A DNA stretch of 64,000 nt from Candidatus Melainabacteria bacterium 17Bon1m (GTDB taxonomy: Bacteria > Cyanobacteriota > Vampirovibrionia > Obscuribacterales > Obscuribacteraceae), in contig JAVLKG010000005.1 in NCBI GenBank assembly GCA_032128875.1, forward strand, positions 1-64,000, read 5' to 3'. The notes under the pieces were generated by a model, which saw only the letters and a list, made by a program, of their open reading frames with translations, was not told the DNA's origin and did no database searches. The position numbers and the translations under genes were made by a program. Within the stretch, counting starts at the first letter, position 1. Every line of letters begins with the position of its first letter. Positions 1-9,361 of the stretch are shown here, piece after piece.

Positions 1-154
1 TCGCTGAAATTTCCCCTGCTAAGATCCTGGTGGTCAGGGCAGGTCAGGAAAAATCAACGACGCCCAGGACACTCCCAGAAACGCTGAAGAATGGTCGACT
101 GAAATCGGCTATTCTTGCGTTTCTCCCCAGGTCTGTTTGGCCTGGAAAACGAAC

Positions 155-448
155 TTAGAAGTCGTCGTTGAACACGGATCCGATGTTTTCGAAGTACGTC
201 AGCTTGCCCGGGTGAGCAGCTTTCGTCTGTGCGAGCAAGAGATGAATCGTGTCGCCAACGTACTTCTCACCGTTGCAGTAACCGACCACTTTCAGGTGGT
301 GGCTCGCTCTGATGGTCTCGCGATTGGCGTCGAACAACTTCTTCTGAGAGAGCAGCTCGTCCATTTGCGCTTGGGTCAGCGCTTTGGCGGCGACATGCTC
401 TTCCAAGTTGCGCACGTAGTGTGCGTGCGCGATTTCACTACTGGTCAT
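155..448 (-). CDS. Hypothetical protein (97 aa) downstream of trpS
   Basis: ORF 155..619 trimmed to ATG at 448 (MTSSEIAH), because the longer ORF overlaps the trpS 3' end; GGGG upstream; no recognisable motif. Confidence 0.6.
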   Translation of the reverse strand: MTSSEIAHAHYVRNLEEHVAAKALTQAQMDELLSQKKLFDANRETIRASHHLKVVGYCNGEKYVGDTIHLLLAQTKAAHPGKLTYFENIGSVFNDDF

Positions 449-542
449 CTGTCTTACCCCTGTGGTTCGACAGTGGAAATTTGAAAATACGACGGCGGGA
501 GCCGACTTGTTAAGGTCGAGCAACCCGCCGCCGCTTTCCGGT

Positions 543-1548
543 TTACAGGACAAATCCCATCGCCGTGGAGGCTTTGGAGAGTGTCTTCTCGGCAACCACT
601 CGGGCACGTTCGCGTCCATCCCTTATCACCTGAAGCACGCGCTCGGGCTCGTTCATGAGCTCTTTGTAGCGTGCCTGAATCGGTGCCAGGTAATTGACGA
701 TTGTTTCCGCCAGTAGCGGTTTGAACGTGCCATAGCCCATGTCGGCGCACTCGCTGACCACTTCTTCTCGCGTCTTTCCTGTGAGAACTGCGTAAATCGT
801 GAGCAGGTTGTGCACCTCGGGGCGTTCTGGATTGTCGAACTCAAGACCGCGTTGACTGTCGGTCTTGGCGCTCTTTATCTTCTTGCGAATCACCTCCGGC
901 GGGTCCATCAGGTTGATGCGACTGGCGTCTAAGGTGTCTGACTTGGACATCTTCTTGGTGCCGTCCGTCAAGCTCATTACCTTGGCGGTCTCTGTCACCA
1001 GATACGGTGCGGGCAGGACGAGGACGTCTTTGCCCTTTCCGAAGAGACGATTGAATCGCGTGGCGATATCGCGCGTCAGCTCCAGATGCTGTTTTTGGTC
1101 GAGACCGACAGGAACAAGATCGGCGTCGTACAAGAGAATGTCCGCAGCCATGAGGACTGGGTAGTCGAGGAGGGTCAGATTTGCGTCTTCACCTTCTCGA
1201 GCCTTCTCGCGAAACTGAATCATGCGCTTGAGCTGACCCACCGATGTGATGGAGCCCAGCAGCCGAGCCAGTTGCGAGTGCGCTGCCACGTGTGACTGCA
1301 CAAACAGAGTGGACTTTTGAGGGTCCAATCCGCAGGCGAGATACAGGGCGGCGGTGGACAGCACGTGCTGCCCTAATGTCTTAGGGTCGTAGTCCTCGGT
1401 AACTGCGTGCAAATCGGCAATGAAGAGAAAGACCTCATGCGCGTCTTGCAGTTCTATGGCGCTTTTAACGGCGCCAAAGATAGTTCCCGAGGTGAACGTT
1501 GCCGGTCGGGCGGACGCCCGAGAGGATGCGGTTTGTCGTCGATTTCAT
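543..1548 (-). CDS. trpS: Tryptophanyl-tRNA synthetase, encoded in two frames (+1 shift at 1479-1474)
   Basis: AAGGAG SD then ATG at 1548. Frame 0 reads MKSTTNRILSGVRPTGNVHLGNYL (HIGH motif HLGN) then W-R-R-stop. The +1 frame continues GAVKSAIELQ...ADLHAV...YPVLMAADIL...VPVGLDQKQHLELTRDIA...KMSKS to the stop at 543. Joined length 334 aa. Confidence 0.95.
1465..1488 (-). promoter_or_regulatory. Candidate programmed +1 ribosomal frameshift site GGG AAC TAT CTT TGG CGC CGT TAA
   Basis: CTT-T slippery site followed by TGG; matches the prfB site TAT CTT TGA C except for one base; frame-0 stop 3 codons after the TGG. Confidence 0.65.
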
Positions 1549-1569
1549 GACGTTCTCCTTTTGGGATTG

Positions 1570-1657
1570 TGACCGGTTTTAATCGGTCAGTGAATGGCGA
1601 GCTGCAAGATGCAACCCGCCGGTGGAAGTTCGAGTGCAGAAGAAACTGCACCCGAAC
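1570..1657 (-). promoter_or_regulatory. Three consecutive hairpins in the trpS leader
   Basis: Inverted repeats at 1628-1657, 1596-1620 and 1570-1589 fill most of the intergenic region. Confidence 0.45.
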
Positions 1658-1672
1658 AGGTTTGCGAAAAGC

Positions 1673-2125
1673 TCAGCAGCGGCCGAGCTTCGCCTCGACT
1701 GCCGCGACGAGTGACAGGCGAATGCCTGCCAGCACAGCTTCGGGCAGCATCTGGGCTCGGTCGAGAACCGCGTAGGTGCGGTTGTGACCTTCGCCTTTTC
1801 CGCGCAGGTTGAGGCGGCTTTTCTGCTCCTCGCACATGAGCGCCATTGCGGAGCATTCCTGCTTGCCGGCGCTGGTGTTGAGGAAGCCGACGATCATCGC
1901 GTGGTGCAGGTCCAGCGAGTGGAGAACCTGATTGCATGCGATTGCGGAAACTTCACCGATGCCGTAGCGGCGGGCGAAGTGAAGCTTGGAGATGTTCTCC
2001 AGGGTCTCGAGGTCTTCTTCCAGGACGGCGCAGCAGATGCTCAGCAGCAATCCGTCCTCGACCTTCGAGCGCAGCCACCACCATACTTTCATGGTGGCGT
2101 CGTCGTTGTCGTCCAATGGTCTCAA
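1673..2125 (-). CDS. Hypothetical protein with an N-terminal WWW run
   Basis: 150-aa ORF, GAAGGTG before TTG, codon style like its neighbours; alternative ATG at 2092. Confidence 0.65.
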   Translation of the reverse strand: MRPLDDNDDATMKVWWWLRSKVEDGLLLSICCAVLEEDLETLENISKLHFARRYGIGEVSAIACNQVLHSLDLHHAMIVGFLNTSAGKQECSAMALMCEEQKSRLNLRGKGEGHNRTYAVLDRAQMLPEAVLAGIRLSLVAAVEAKLGRC

Positions 2126-2263
2126 GTTACACCTTCTAGACAGACCGGTGTCTGCCGTAGTGCGTTGCGGGCGTCCCAGGGCGCGAATTGCTTCGGCGCC
2201 GGGGACGTTGTGAGGAAACCCTTTGTTGAGCGCGTTGAGCGCTCGAGTGGGCGCGGTCAGCGC

Positions 2264-2644
2264 CTAAGCGTGCGACCAGATCGGAACGAAGTGGCTGCCG
2301 GTGTGTTGCTTGCCGCGCCACGTGAGCCGATACCACTTGTCCTGGACCCATTGCCAGAACGTGAGTTCGTTGCTCTTTCCGTCGAGACGGAAGCGCAGCG
2401 AACCCCAGTGCGAGCCTTGCGGCTCGATGCGTTCGCGCACGGCGCAGTTCATGATCTGGAGCACCTCGCCCAAGTGAGCCTGCGCAGGCACGACAAGCAC
2501 GAGGTCTTCCACGCGCTTGTCACCACCAGTCTCGTACTCGAGGCTGGCGTTGAAAATGCGCGTCGACGCAGGTGCCTTGCCGCGCTCGGCGCAGAGGCAA
2601 TACCCGGAGCAGGGTGGTGAGAATGTTGTAGTCATAACTTTCAC
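2264..2644 (-). CDS. Hypothetical protein (CxxxCxC motif, Trp-rich C-terminus)
   Basis: 126-aa ORF; GGGAGTG SD-like sequence suggests a start at ATG 2635. Confidence 0.6.
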   Translation of the reverse strand: MKVMTTTFSPPCSGYCLCAERGKAPASTRIFNASLEYETGGDKRVEDLVLVVPAQAHLGEVLQIMNCAVRERIEPQGSHWGSLRFRLDGKSNELTFWQWVQDKWYRLTWRGKQHTGSHFVPIWSHA

Positions 2645-2705
2645 TCCCAGGTTGAGGGCTCTGGAACAGCCGTTCCAGAGCCCATTCGATTGACGTTGCA
2701 GGCTG

Positions 2706-4211
2706 TTAGGCCTTCGGACGAACGCCCCAGGCGCAGCGCGGCGAAAGAGCCAGGGTTTCTGGATCCTGCTCCACTGCGACGATGCCGCCGAGGAATTCGT
2801 AGTCGAGCTTGGTGCCGAGGTACTCCCAGATGAAGGGAACCTTGCTCACCGGGCTGATCAGACGGTCGTGGCGAATGGAGGCGTCGCGGCGCTCCAGAAG
2901 CGGGTTGACCATCAGCTTCTCGTCGTCGCGCCAGTCCTTGCAGAACGGGAAGAGCTTCAGCAACCAGCCGTTGATCTTCTCGCCGCCCGACTCACTGCGC
3001 TGCTTGTAGATATCCTCGAAGTAGCGCGTGTCGGCGTCGCCGGCAGCCGCTTTCGCAAGCTTGTCGACGATCTCGATGACGTGACGCAGCCAGGAGTTGA
3101 GGTCCGGATAGCGCTCGTTGAGCTGCCGAACCTTGGCTGCCAGCTTCTGCCAGTCGGCGACTTCGCCCTTGAGGATGATCTCGGGGATGCCGCACATCGT
3201 GGCGACGCTGTACTCGAAGTAGGACTGCATCGAGTCCATGAGCACGATCTGCGAAACGGCTTTCTCGACGGGACCCGTCGTGCCGAAGTCGCTGATGATG
3301 AGCCCATGCGTCTCGTCGCCGATGTAGCCGCGAATGGCGTCGGAGAACTCACCGAAGCAGCCGGCCCAGTCGTTCGTCGGCGAACCGAGAACGAACTCGT
3401 TGCGGATGATCTTGATGGTTTCCTTGCCTTCGTGCGAGACGAAGTGCTTGCGCCACTTCTCCGGGTCTTGCGCGATGTAGGCGGCGAGCCCCTGCGTGAC
3501 GGTCAGCCAGATGTGATCCGGCGTGAGCATCAGCGGGTAGTGCTGGCGGAAAGCCAGGTCGGCAGCAGACACCAGCCCGTGAATCGGGAAGTGGCTGACG
3601 ACTGAGGCTTCGCCTTCACTCACTGCTTCGAGCGTCTTCTTCGGCGTGGCAGCGGGGGCGCCGCGACGGCCGCCACCGCCCATCATCTGTCCGCTGAGCA
3701 CCGCCTCGAACATGCTACCGAGCGTTGTGGACGCGTGCGGCGAGTAGGCGGCGTTGACGCGGCAGACGCGGAAGCGGGTGACGGGAATCGGCTTGGTTGC
3801 GCTCTCGGCGACGGGCGGGGTGACCGGTTCCGGCGTCGGTTCGGTGACCGCGACGGCTGCACTGTTCGTGCCACCGTCATCGGCGACGACGGCTGCGACG
3901 GGCGCCGGAGCCGGTTGGGCGGCGGGAGCAGCAACGGCAGTCGTAGCCGGCGTTTCCACCACTTCCACCGCTTCGGTCACCTGAAGCTTGGCCTCGTCCT
4001 TCTTGCGGCTCACCGTCCATTCGCTGCCCGCGAACTTGGCGATGGCGGCATCGACGGTGGCATCGGCGATGCCTTCGATGCTCACTTCGATGAGCTCTCC
4101 TTCTTCGCTGTCGGCAATTGCCGTCACCAGGGCTTCGAAGAGAGTCGCGACCGCGCGCTGGGCGCGAAGGGCTGCGACTTCTTCCTTGCTGGGAATCGCT
4201 TTGTCGTTCAT
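2706..4211 (-). CDS. DUF4419-family protein with N-terminal extension and Ala/Pro-rich linker
   Basis: HGLVSAADLAFRQHYPLMLTPDHIWLTVTQG, DFGTTG, LMDSMQSYFEY and CGIPEIILKGEVADW recalled as DUF4419 motifs; AGGAG SD before ATG 4211. Confidence 0.8.
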   Translation of the reverse strand: MNDKAIPSKEEVAALRAQRAVATLFEALVTAIADSEEGELIEVSIEGIADATVDAAIAKFAGSEWTVSRKKDEAKLQVTEAVEVVETPATTAVAAPAAQPAPAPVAAVVADDGGTNSAAVAVTEPTPEPVTPPVAESATKPIPVTRFRVCRVNAAYSPHASTTLGSMFEAVLSGQMMGGGGRRGAPAATPKKTLEAVSEGEASVVSHFPIHGLVSAADLAFRQHYPLMLTPDHIWLTVTQGLAAYIAQDPEKWRKHFVSHEGKETIKIIRNEFVLGSPTNDWAGCFGEFSDAIRGYIGDETHGLIISDFGTTGPVEKAVSQIVLMDSMQSYFEYSVATMCGIPEIILKGEVADWQKLAAKVRQLNERYPDLNSWLRHVIEIVDKLAKAAAGDADTRYFEDIYKQRSESGGEKINGWLLKLFPFCKDWRDDEKLMVNPLLERRDASIRHDRLISPVSKVPFIWEYLGTKLDYEFLGGIVAVEQDPETLALSPRCAWGVRPKA

Positions 4212-4322
4212 CAATTCTCCTAGACTCCCTTTGGGGGAGCGTGAAATTTGGATGCGGACGACGCCCTTGCCTTGCGGGAATTCGCAAGGCAAGGGCCGGG
4301 GCAGAGTTGCGACGAGCGATGC

Positions 4323-5753
4323 TTAGATCGGCTCGTTGACGACCTGCAGGTGCGGGAAGACCTCCTGGAAGAAGCCCCCCATCGCCTCGGCCTGTTCAGC
4401 CGACGGCTGGAACGTGCCCGAGTTGCGATTGTAGTGCACCACACCCTGTTCGTCCTTCCAGATTTCTCCAGCGAAGAACGTGTAGGCGCTGTACGCCGCC
4501 ATCAGGACGTGTTTGCTCAGGATCCAGTCCAGCAGCTTGGCACCGCTTGTGATGCGGGCCAGGATGATTGTGGTGATGATTTTCCCGTCCGGCATCCGCT
4601 GCTTCAGCACCACCAAGTTGTACTTGTTGGGCTGCTGCTCGGAGTGCGTGCGCAGCATGTTGTAGACGTCCTGCTCGCTGCGCAGACCCTGCACCGCGAC
4701 GTAGCGCGGCACCAAAATCTTGCGCATCAGCCAGATGACCGGACGCGAGAAGAGCACAGCCTTCTTCGCGCGCGTGGCCAGATTCGGCTTCGCTTGCGGG
4801 AAGGGTTTCAGCGGAGTGGGCTGGAACTTCTCGACGTCGACGCGCGTTTGCGAGCCCTCGAAGAGATTGTGTGCACCCCAGAAGAGCCGCATGATGGCGC
4901 CGGCCGTGCTGGCTGAGGACACCTTCATGTCGATTTCGCGCAGGTACTCGACGTCGTCCGGCAGTGCCGGGGCGACGGGTGCCGTGTTGCGATTGGCCTT
5001 GCGCTTACCACCGCCGCCAACCAGACGCGCGGGCAGACCGGTGACGCCGAGCATGAACTTCGAGAACTTGCTGCCGGCCTTCGCCTTCGCTTCCATGTTG
5101 CGCTGCGAGTGGCGGCAGAAGGTGGTCACTTCAGCGCCGATGATGCGGAGCGCGTAGCGCTCGATGCGGTCGGGCGTGGTGCGGATCACGTCGTACTCGA
5201 TCGGCTTGCCGTCGAAGGTCAGCCCATCGTTGACGAGCGAGGTGAAGAGCGAGTACGGCCAGTAGCGCTTGTGCAGCGGACGGCTTCCCGACTTGAACCC
5301 GGCGCGCTCCATGACGCGCATGCACGCGTTGACGCAGGTCCAGTACTTGTTGCCGTGGAAGTGTTGCATCGCCTCACGGAGCCGTTCAGCCGCCTCAGGG
5401 GGGAGCCCCTTAAGGCGAATGAGCAGACCCGATTGCGCGAAATTGCGCGTGGCTTCGATGACGGAGGGCGCCCGCTTGAGCGACTTGCCCGCGAACTTCT
5501 GGTAGCCGCCCTTGCCGTCGGGGCAGACCAGGTACGCGTTGGGGCGTCCGAAGCCGATGAAGATCTCGTCGCCGCCGGAGAAGACGTCGGAGATCTTGAA
5601 CACCATGAGGTCGGCGACCGCGTTCTCGCGAACGGTGGTGGCATCGATGACCTCCGGAATGAGGCCGCCCATCAAGTCGTTCTCGGGGCGACGTTCGAAG
5701 TGCTTGGCATAGCCGTCGGCGGTGCCGACAGAATTCTTGTCGTTTCGAGACAT
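4323..5753 (-). CDS. Hypothetical two-domain protein (476 aa)
   Basis: AAGGAG SD before ATG 5753 (MSRNDK); strong GC3 bias; C-terminal H...AGE...NSGTFQP motif. Confidence 0.8.
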   Translation of the reverse strand: MSRNDKNSVGTADGYAKHFERRPENDLMGGLIPEVIDATTVRENAVADLMVFKISDVFSGGDEIFIGFGRPNAYLVCPDGKGGYQKFAGKSLKRAPSVIEATRNFAQSGLLIRLKGLPPEAAERLREAMQHFHGNKYWTCVNACMRVMERAGFKSGSRPLHKRYWPYSLFTSLVNDGLTFDGKPIEYDVIRTTPDRIERYALRIIGAEVTTFCRHSQRNMEAKAKAGSKFSKFMLGVTGLPARLVGGGGKRKANRNTAPVAPALPDDVEYLREIDMKVSSASTAGAIMRLFWGAHNLFEGSQTRVDVEKFQPTPLKPFPQAKPNLATRAKKAVLFSRPVIWLMRKILVPRYVAVQGLRSEQDVYNMLRTHSEQQPNKYNLVVLKQRMPDGKIITTIILARITSGAKLLDWILSKHVLMAAYSAYTFFAGEIWKDEQGVVHYNRNSGTFQPSAEQAEAMGGFFQEVFPHLQVVNEPI

Positions 5754-5818
5754 CTGTAGCTCCTTAAAGGCACCACTCATATGGACTGAGCGGTGACGAA
5801 GTTTGAGAGTTGAGAAAC

Positions 5819-6088
5819 TTACTGAGCGGTGTTGCGGCGCGCGTACTTGCGAATGCCGGAGCCGAGGGTGACCACTCCGGAGAGCACGACGAGGTAGCTC
5901 AGTGGCGTGTAAAGCGGAATGGTCTCGTTGCCGCCGGGAGAGACGAGCAGGAAAGCACCGAATGCCAACCAGGCCAGACCGAGCACGACACGACCGGCGC
6001 CACGAATTGCTTCGTTTTTGGCGAACAGTGTTGCCGCGTTGACGACCGAGAGGAGCACAGCTGCGATGAACAGGCTGCTTGCGAGCAT
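5819..6088 (-). CDS. Small membrane protein (3 hydrophobic segments)
   Basis: 89 aa, AAGGAG SD, hydrophobic helices, basic C-terminus. Confidence 0.8.
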   Translation of the reverse strand: MLASSLFIAAVLLSVVNAATLFAKNEAIRGAGRVVLGLAWLAFGAFLLVSPGGNETIPLYTPLSYLVVLSGVVTLGSGIRKYARRNTAQ

Positions 6089-7000
6089 TGTTTGATTCTC
6101 CTTGTGGCACTAAGAACTAGCGCAAACCCTGAGAGTGAGCGCGTGTTCATTTGTGCGGAAAGATATTGAAACAGCGCAACCGAATGACAAATTTCGGCTG
6201 CCAGGGGTTTATCCATCGAACTTCCGCATCCAGGGCAGGCACAACTCTTCCGAACAAGTTCGGCATGTCGATCTCAAAGAATTTGAGAAGAAATTGAGCT
6301 GTGGACTGGGTTCCTGAATAGACGAGAGTGATTGGGATACAAGAAGAGGCTACGCCCAGGCGGCGTTGATCTCAAAAGAATGTCAAGCAGCTTGAAATAA
6401 TTGGGGAAATTCCCAAGAGTCTAATCAGGCCCAGGATTCGTATGCCTGATTAGCGTAGGTGAGAGAGAACTATTGTCGTGATAGCTCGCGAAAGGTAGTG
6501 CACAATTACGCCGAAGTGGTCACAAGATATTGAACCTGTGCCGGATTCCATGGCTCGTGCGGCCTCACTAGCCAGCAAGAAAAACGACCTCTTGGCAGCC
6601 CTGCGCGAGCTTGAAATATTCGGATTTGGCAGCCTGTTTGAGTGGCTTAGGAACACTTGATTAAACGCCGAAACGCTTGTGTGATGCGGGTTTTGTTGGC
6701 TCGCGCGAGCTTGTGCGAAGTGGCTTGAAGCGGCACGGGTAGCTGAAAAGCATAATGCGAGACTTCTAAAAAGAGCGTAAAAGCGTTGTTTAGGGCCGCT
6801 TTCACTTGTTAGACAGGGTTATCCCTTCTCTACTTCAGCACCTAGAACACCGATCTCAAAAAGTCCCAGCTAACGCGCAATCTCGTCTGATTTCATCCAC
6901 CGGAAGGTGGCCAGTCATACGCCATTTTGTCGAGAAGTGCTGTTGTTGAAGTTCAGGGAGTATCTGTCTGTCTCTAAACAAACACGAAAGGAGGCAAAGA

Positions 7001-8380
7001 ATGATCGCTCTGATTCTAATCGGCGCCTTCTTCGTCTTCAGCATAGGCTTGGTCGCCAAGTTTGTGCTGGACAAGAAGGAGCACGAGCTGAGGATCACGT
7101 GGCCCGAGTTCGGGATTGCGGCCACTGTCCTCATGATTATCGTGATTCCTCTGACAGCCTGGGTGGGACTCAAAGTCGCGTTTACCAATTCGGTGACGTA
7201 CAACGAGTTCTGGTCAGGCTACGAAGTGGAAGCACAGTGGTTGAGAATCCAGACTTCGCGAGATGGAAGCGGTGCCCACAAATGGGACTGCGACCCTTAC
7301 GACGAATGGGTTGTTGACCAGGCCGCTTACACCGACGACAAAGGCAACTACCACGCCGAACAAGGTCACTACGAGACGCGGTATCACCGCTGTCCGTTCA
7401 CGACCGAGGAGTGGACATTCGTTGTCCGAACGACGGTGGGCGACTTCTACATTGCCGAGAACTGGCTGCCGACCAATCCGGAGCAGTACCGCTATCGCAG
7501 TCCGGAAGGGCACTCGAAAAGAGCGCCTGACCATCTCGACCGCGGCGTTCCGGCATTCTGGCAGCGCGTCAAAGACCGCATCGACAGCAACCAACCCGGA
7601 CCCGTCACCGCCAGGAAGACCTACGAGAACTACATCCTGGCCTCGGATCGGACCATCCTGAAAAAGTACAGTGCCGACATCGACCGGTACAAGAAAGAAG
7701 GGCTTTTCCCCAAGCCCAACGGCGCGATTAACGGAGTCTACTCCGCCGACCGCGTGTACTTCGTAGGGACGAATCCGCCGGGCGATTGGCAGCGTTATGT
7801 CAATGCGTTCGATGCTGCTCTCGGCATGGAACTGCAGGGCGACCTGCATCTGGTCATCGTCGACGCCGGAAAGATTGTCGACCCGGAGAATTATTCGGGT
7901 GCGATGTTCGCGTACTGGCAGTCGCCGGAATTCGGTAAAGACGCCATCTCCAAGAACAGCATCATGGTCATCCTCGCCACCAAAGACGGCACCACCGTCG
8001 AATGGGCGCGAGCGGCGACAGGCATGCCCAGGGGCAACGAGCGTCTTCTCATCGAGATTCGCGACCAGATGAAGGGCGTTGCGCTCGACCCCGCGTCCGT
8101 GCTCGGTCCGCCGAAAGGTGAGCTCTACAGCTCGGGCGGCAAAACCTACGTGCGCATCATCCACTCGCAAGGAAAGCTGGACCAGCTCATCTGGGGACCA
8201 GCCAAATTCGAGCGTGTGCGCATGAAGGACTACAGCTACCTGATTCACGAGATCGAGCCCACCACGGGTCAGAAGGCGTGGATCATCTTCTTCATCACGT
8301 TGTTTGGCTGCGTGGCCTGGGGCATTTGCATCGCCTACGGCCCGAAGACCTATCGCAACTTCGTCGGCAGATTCAGGTAA
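7001..8380 (+). CDS. Membrane protein with large extracytoplasmic Cys-containing/TPM-like region (copy 1)
   Basis: AAGGAGG SD; 2 N-terminal TMs and 1 C-terminal TM; clear paralog of 9362..10759. Confidence 0.85.
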   Translation: MIALILIGAFFVFSIGLVAKFVLDKKEHELRITWPEFGIAATVLMIIVIPLTAWVGLKVAFTNSVTYNEFWSGYEVEAQWLRIQTSRDGSGAHKWDCDPYDEWVVDQAAYTDDKGNYHAEQGHYETRYHRCPFTTEEWTFVVRTTVGDFYIAENWLPTNPEQYRYRSPEGHSKRAPDHLDRGVPAFWQRVKDRIDSNQPGPVTARKTYENYILASDRTILKKYSADIDRYKKEGLFPKPNGAINGVYSADRVYFVGTNPPGDWQRYVNAFDAALGMELQGDLHLVIVDAGKIVDPENYSGAMFAYWQSPEFGKDAISKNSIMVILATKDGTTVEWARAATGMPRGNERLLIEIRDQMKGVALDPASVLGPPKGELYSSGGKTYVRIIHSQGKLDQLIWGPAKFERVRMKDYSYLIHEIEPTTGQKAWIIFFITLFGCVAWGICIAYGPKTYRNFVGRFR

Positions 8381-8516
8381 TCGCAACCCGAAGCGGTTCC
8401 TGAAAAACCGATTGTATCTGTCTGTACACCGGAGGTGGACGGCGCGCTTGCCGCCCGCCTCCTTAACCCGCCGAAAATCGGCAGCCAGCCGGTATCGGCA
8501 AATGAAGGAAAAATCC

Positions 8517-9176
8517 ATGAACACTGACAAGATTCTCGAAGCCCTGAAGAAGCCCAAGGTCATCGTCGGGCTGATCATCGCCGCCGTCGTTCTTTTCGTC
8601 GGCATCTCGGTCGTCGGCACCTACACCAGCGTGCGCAATGAAGGTCGCAACCAGGAGCTGGCCATGACCGCGCACTGGAAGAACACCCAGTCGCGCTACG
8701 GGCAGTTCCGCATCGGCATGGCCGACAAGCTGTCGATCGCGCGCGAAAAGCGTGACGCCATCAACAAGATCCTTGTCGACGCCGTCGCCGGTCGTTACGA
8801 CAAGGCCAACCAGCCGGGTACCGTGGACCAGCAGGCTGTCTTCTCTGCCATCGTCGAAGCCTATCCCGACACCAAGGGACTGGACATCTTCGACGGGCTG
8901 CTGAAGGACATCCAGTCCGGCCGCGAAGCCTTCGCCAAGGACCAGGAGACGATGGCCGACATGGTGCGGTCGTACAACGCCTGGCGCACGACGGGCAGCC
9001 TCCTGCATCCGACCTTCGTGAGCTGGGCGGGTTTCCCGAGCGAAACTCTGGAAGCGACTGCGGGCGGTCAGACCTACAAGGGTCAGGCTGCGCTCGACAA
9101 GATGTCCAAGGTCATCGTCGGTCAGGACACCGGCGAAATCTTCGACTCGGGCAACGACAAGCCCATCGGCAAGTAG
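8517..9176 (+). CDS. LemA-like membrane-anchored helical protein (copy 1)
   Basis: N-terminal TM, then YTSVRN..E; AIVEAYPD; GREAFAKDQ..D.VRSYN; WAGFP, resembling the LemA 'E.YPDL' and 'YN' pattern; paralog of 10889..11524. Confidence 0.75.
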   Translation: MNTDKILEALKKPKVIVGLIIAAVVLFVGISVVGTYTSVRNEGRNQELAMTAHWKNTQSRYGQFRIGMADKLSIAREKRDAINKILVDAVAGRYDKANQPGTVDQQAVFSAIVEAYPDTKGLDIFDGLLKDIQSGREAFAKDQETMADMVRSYNAWRTTGSLLHPTFVSWAGFPSETLEATAGGQTYKGQAALDKMSKVIVGQDTGEIFDSGNDKPIGK

Positions 9177-9361
9177 CTCGGCTACCTGAAAAATCCTGAA
9201 GTAGCGCCTTGACGGCTGCTTGCTGCACGCGCAGACAAGCAGCTGTTTGAGGCTGTTGAAACTGGCGCATCCGCGCTCTCTCGAGGTCGGGCTACGCAAG
9301 TAGTCAGACTGCGGGTGCACCACAAAAAGCAACAACAAACTAAAACTCGAGGATAAAGCCT

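Noticed and set aside
543-1412. trpS starting at TTG 1412 as given in the ORF track
   Set aside because: It would lack the essential HIGH motif, which is present upstream in another frame behind a good SD and ATG
1549-1672. T-box riboswitch upstream of trpS
   Set aside because: No T-box consensus on the coding strand, and the region is too short
6135-6660. Possible decayed gene on the plus strand
   Set aside because: Stop-interrupted frames with no recognisable homology; cannot be supported
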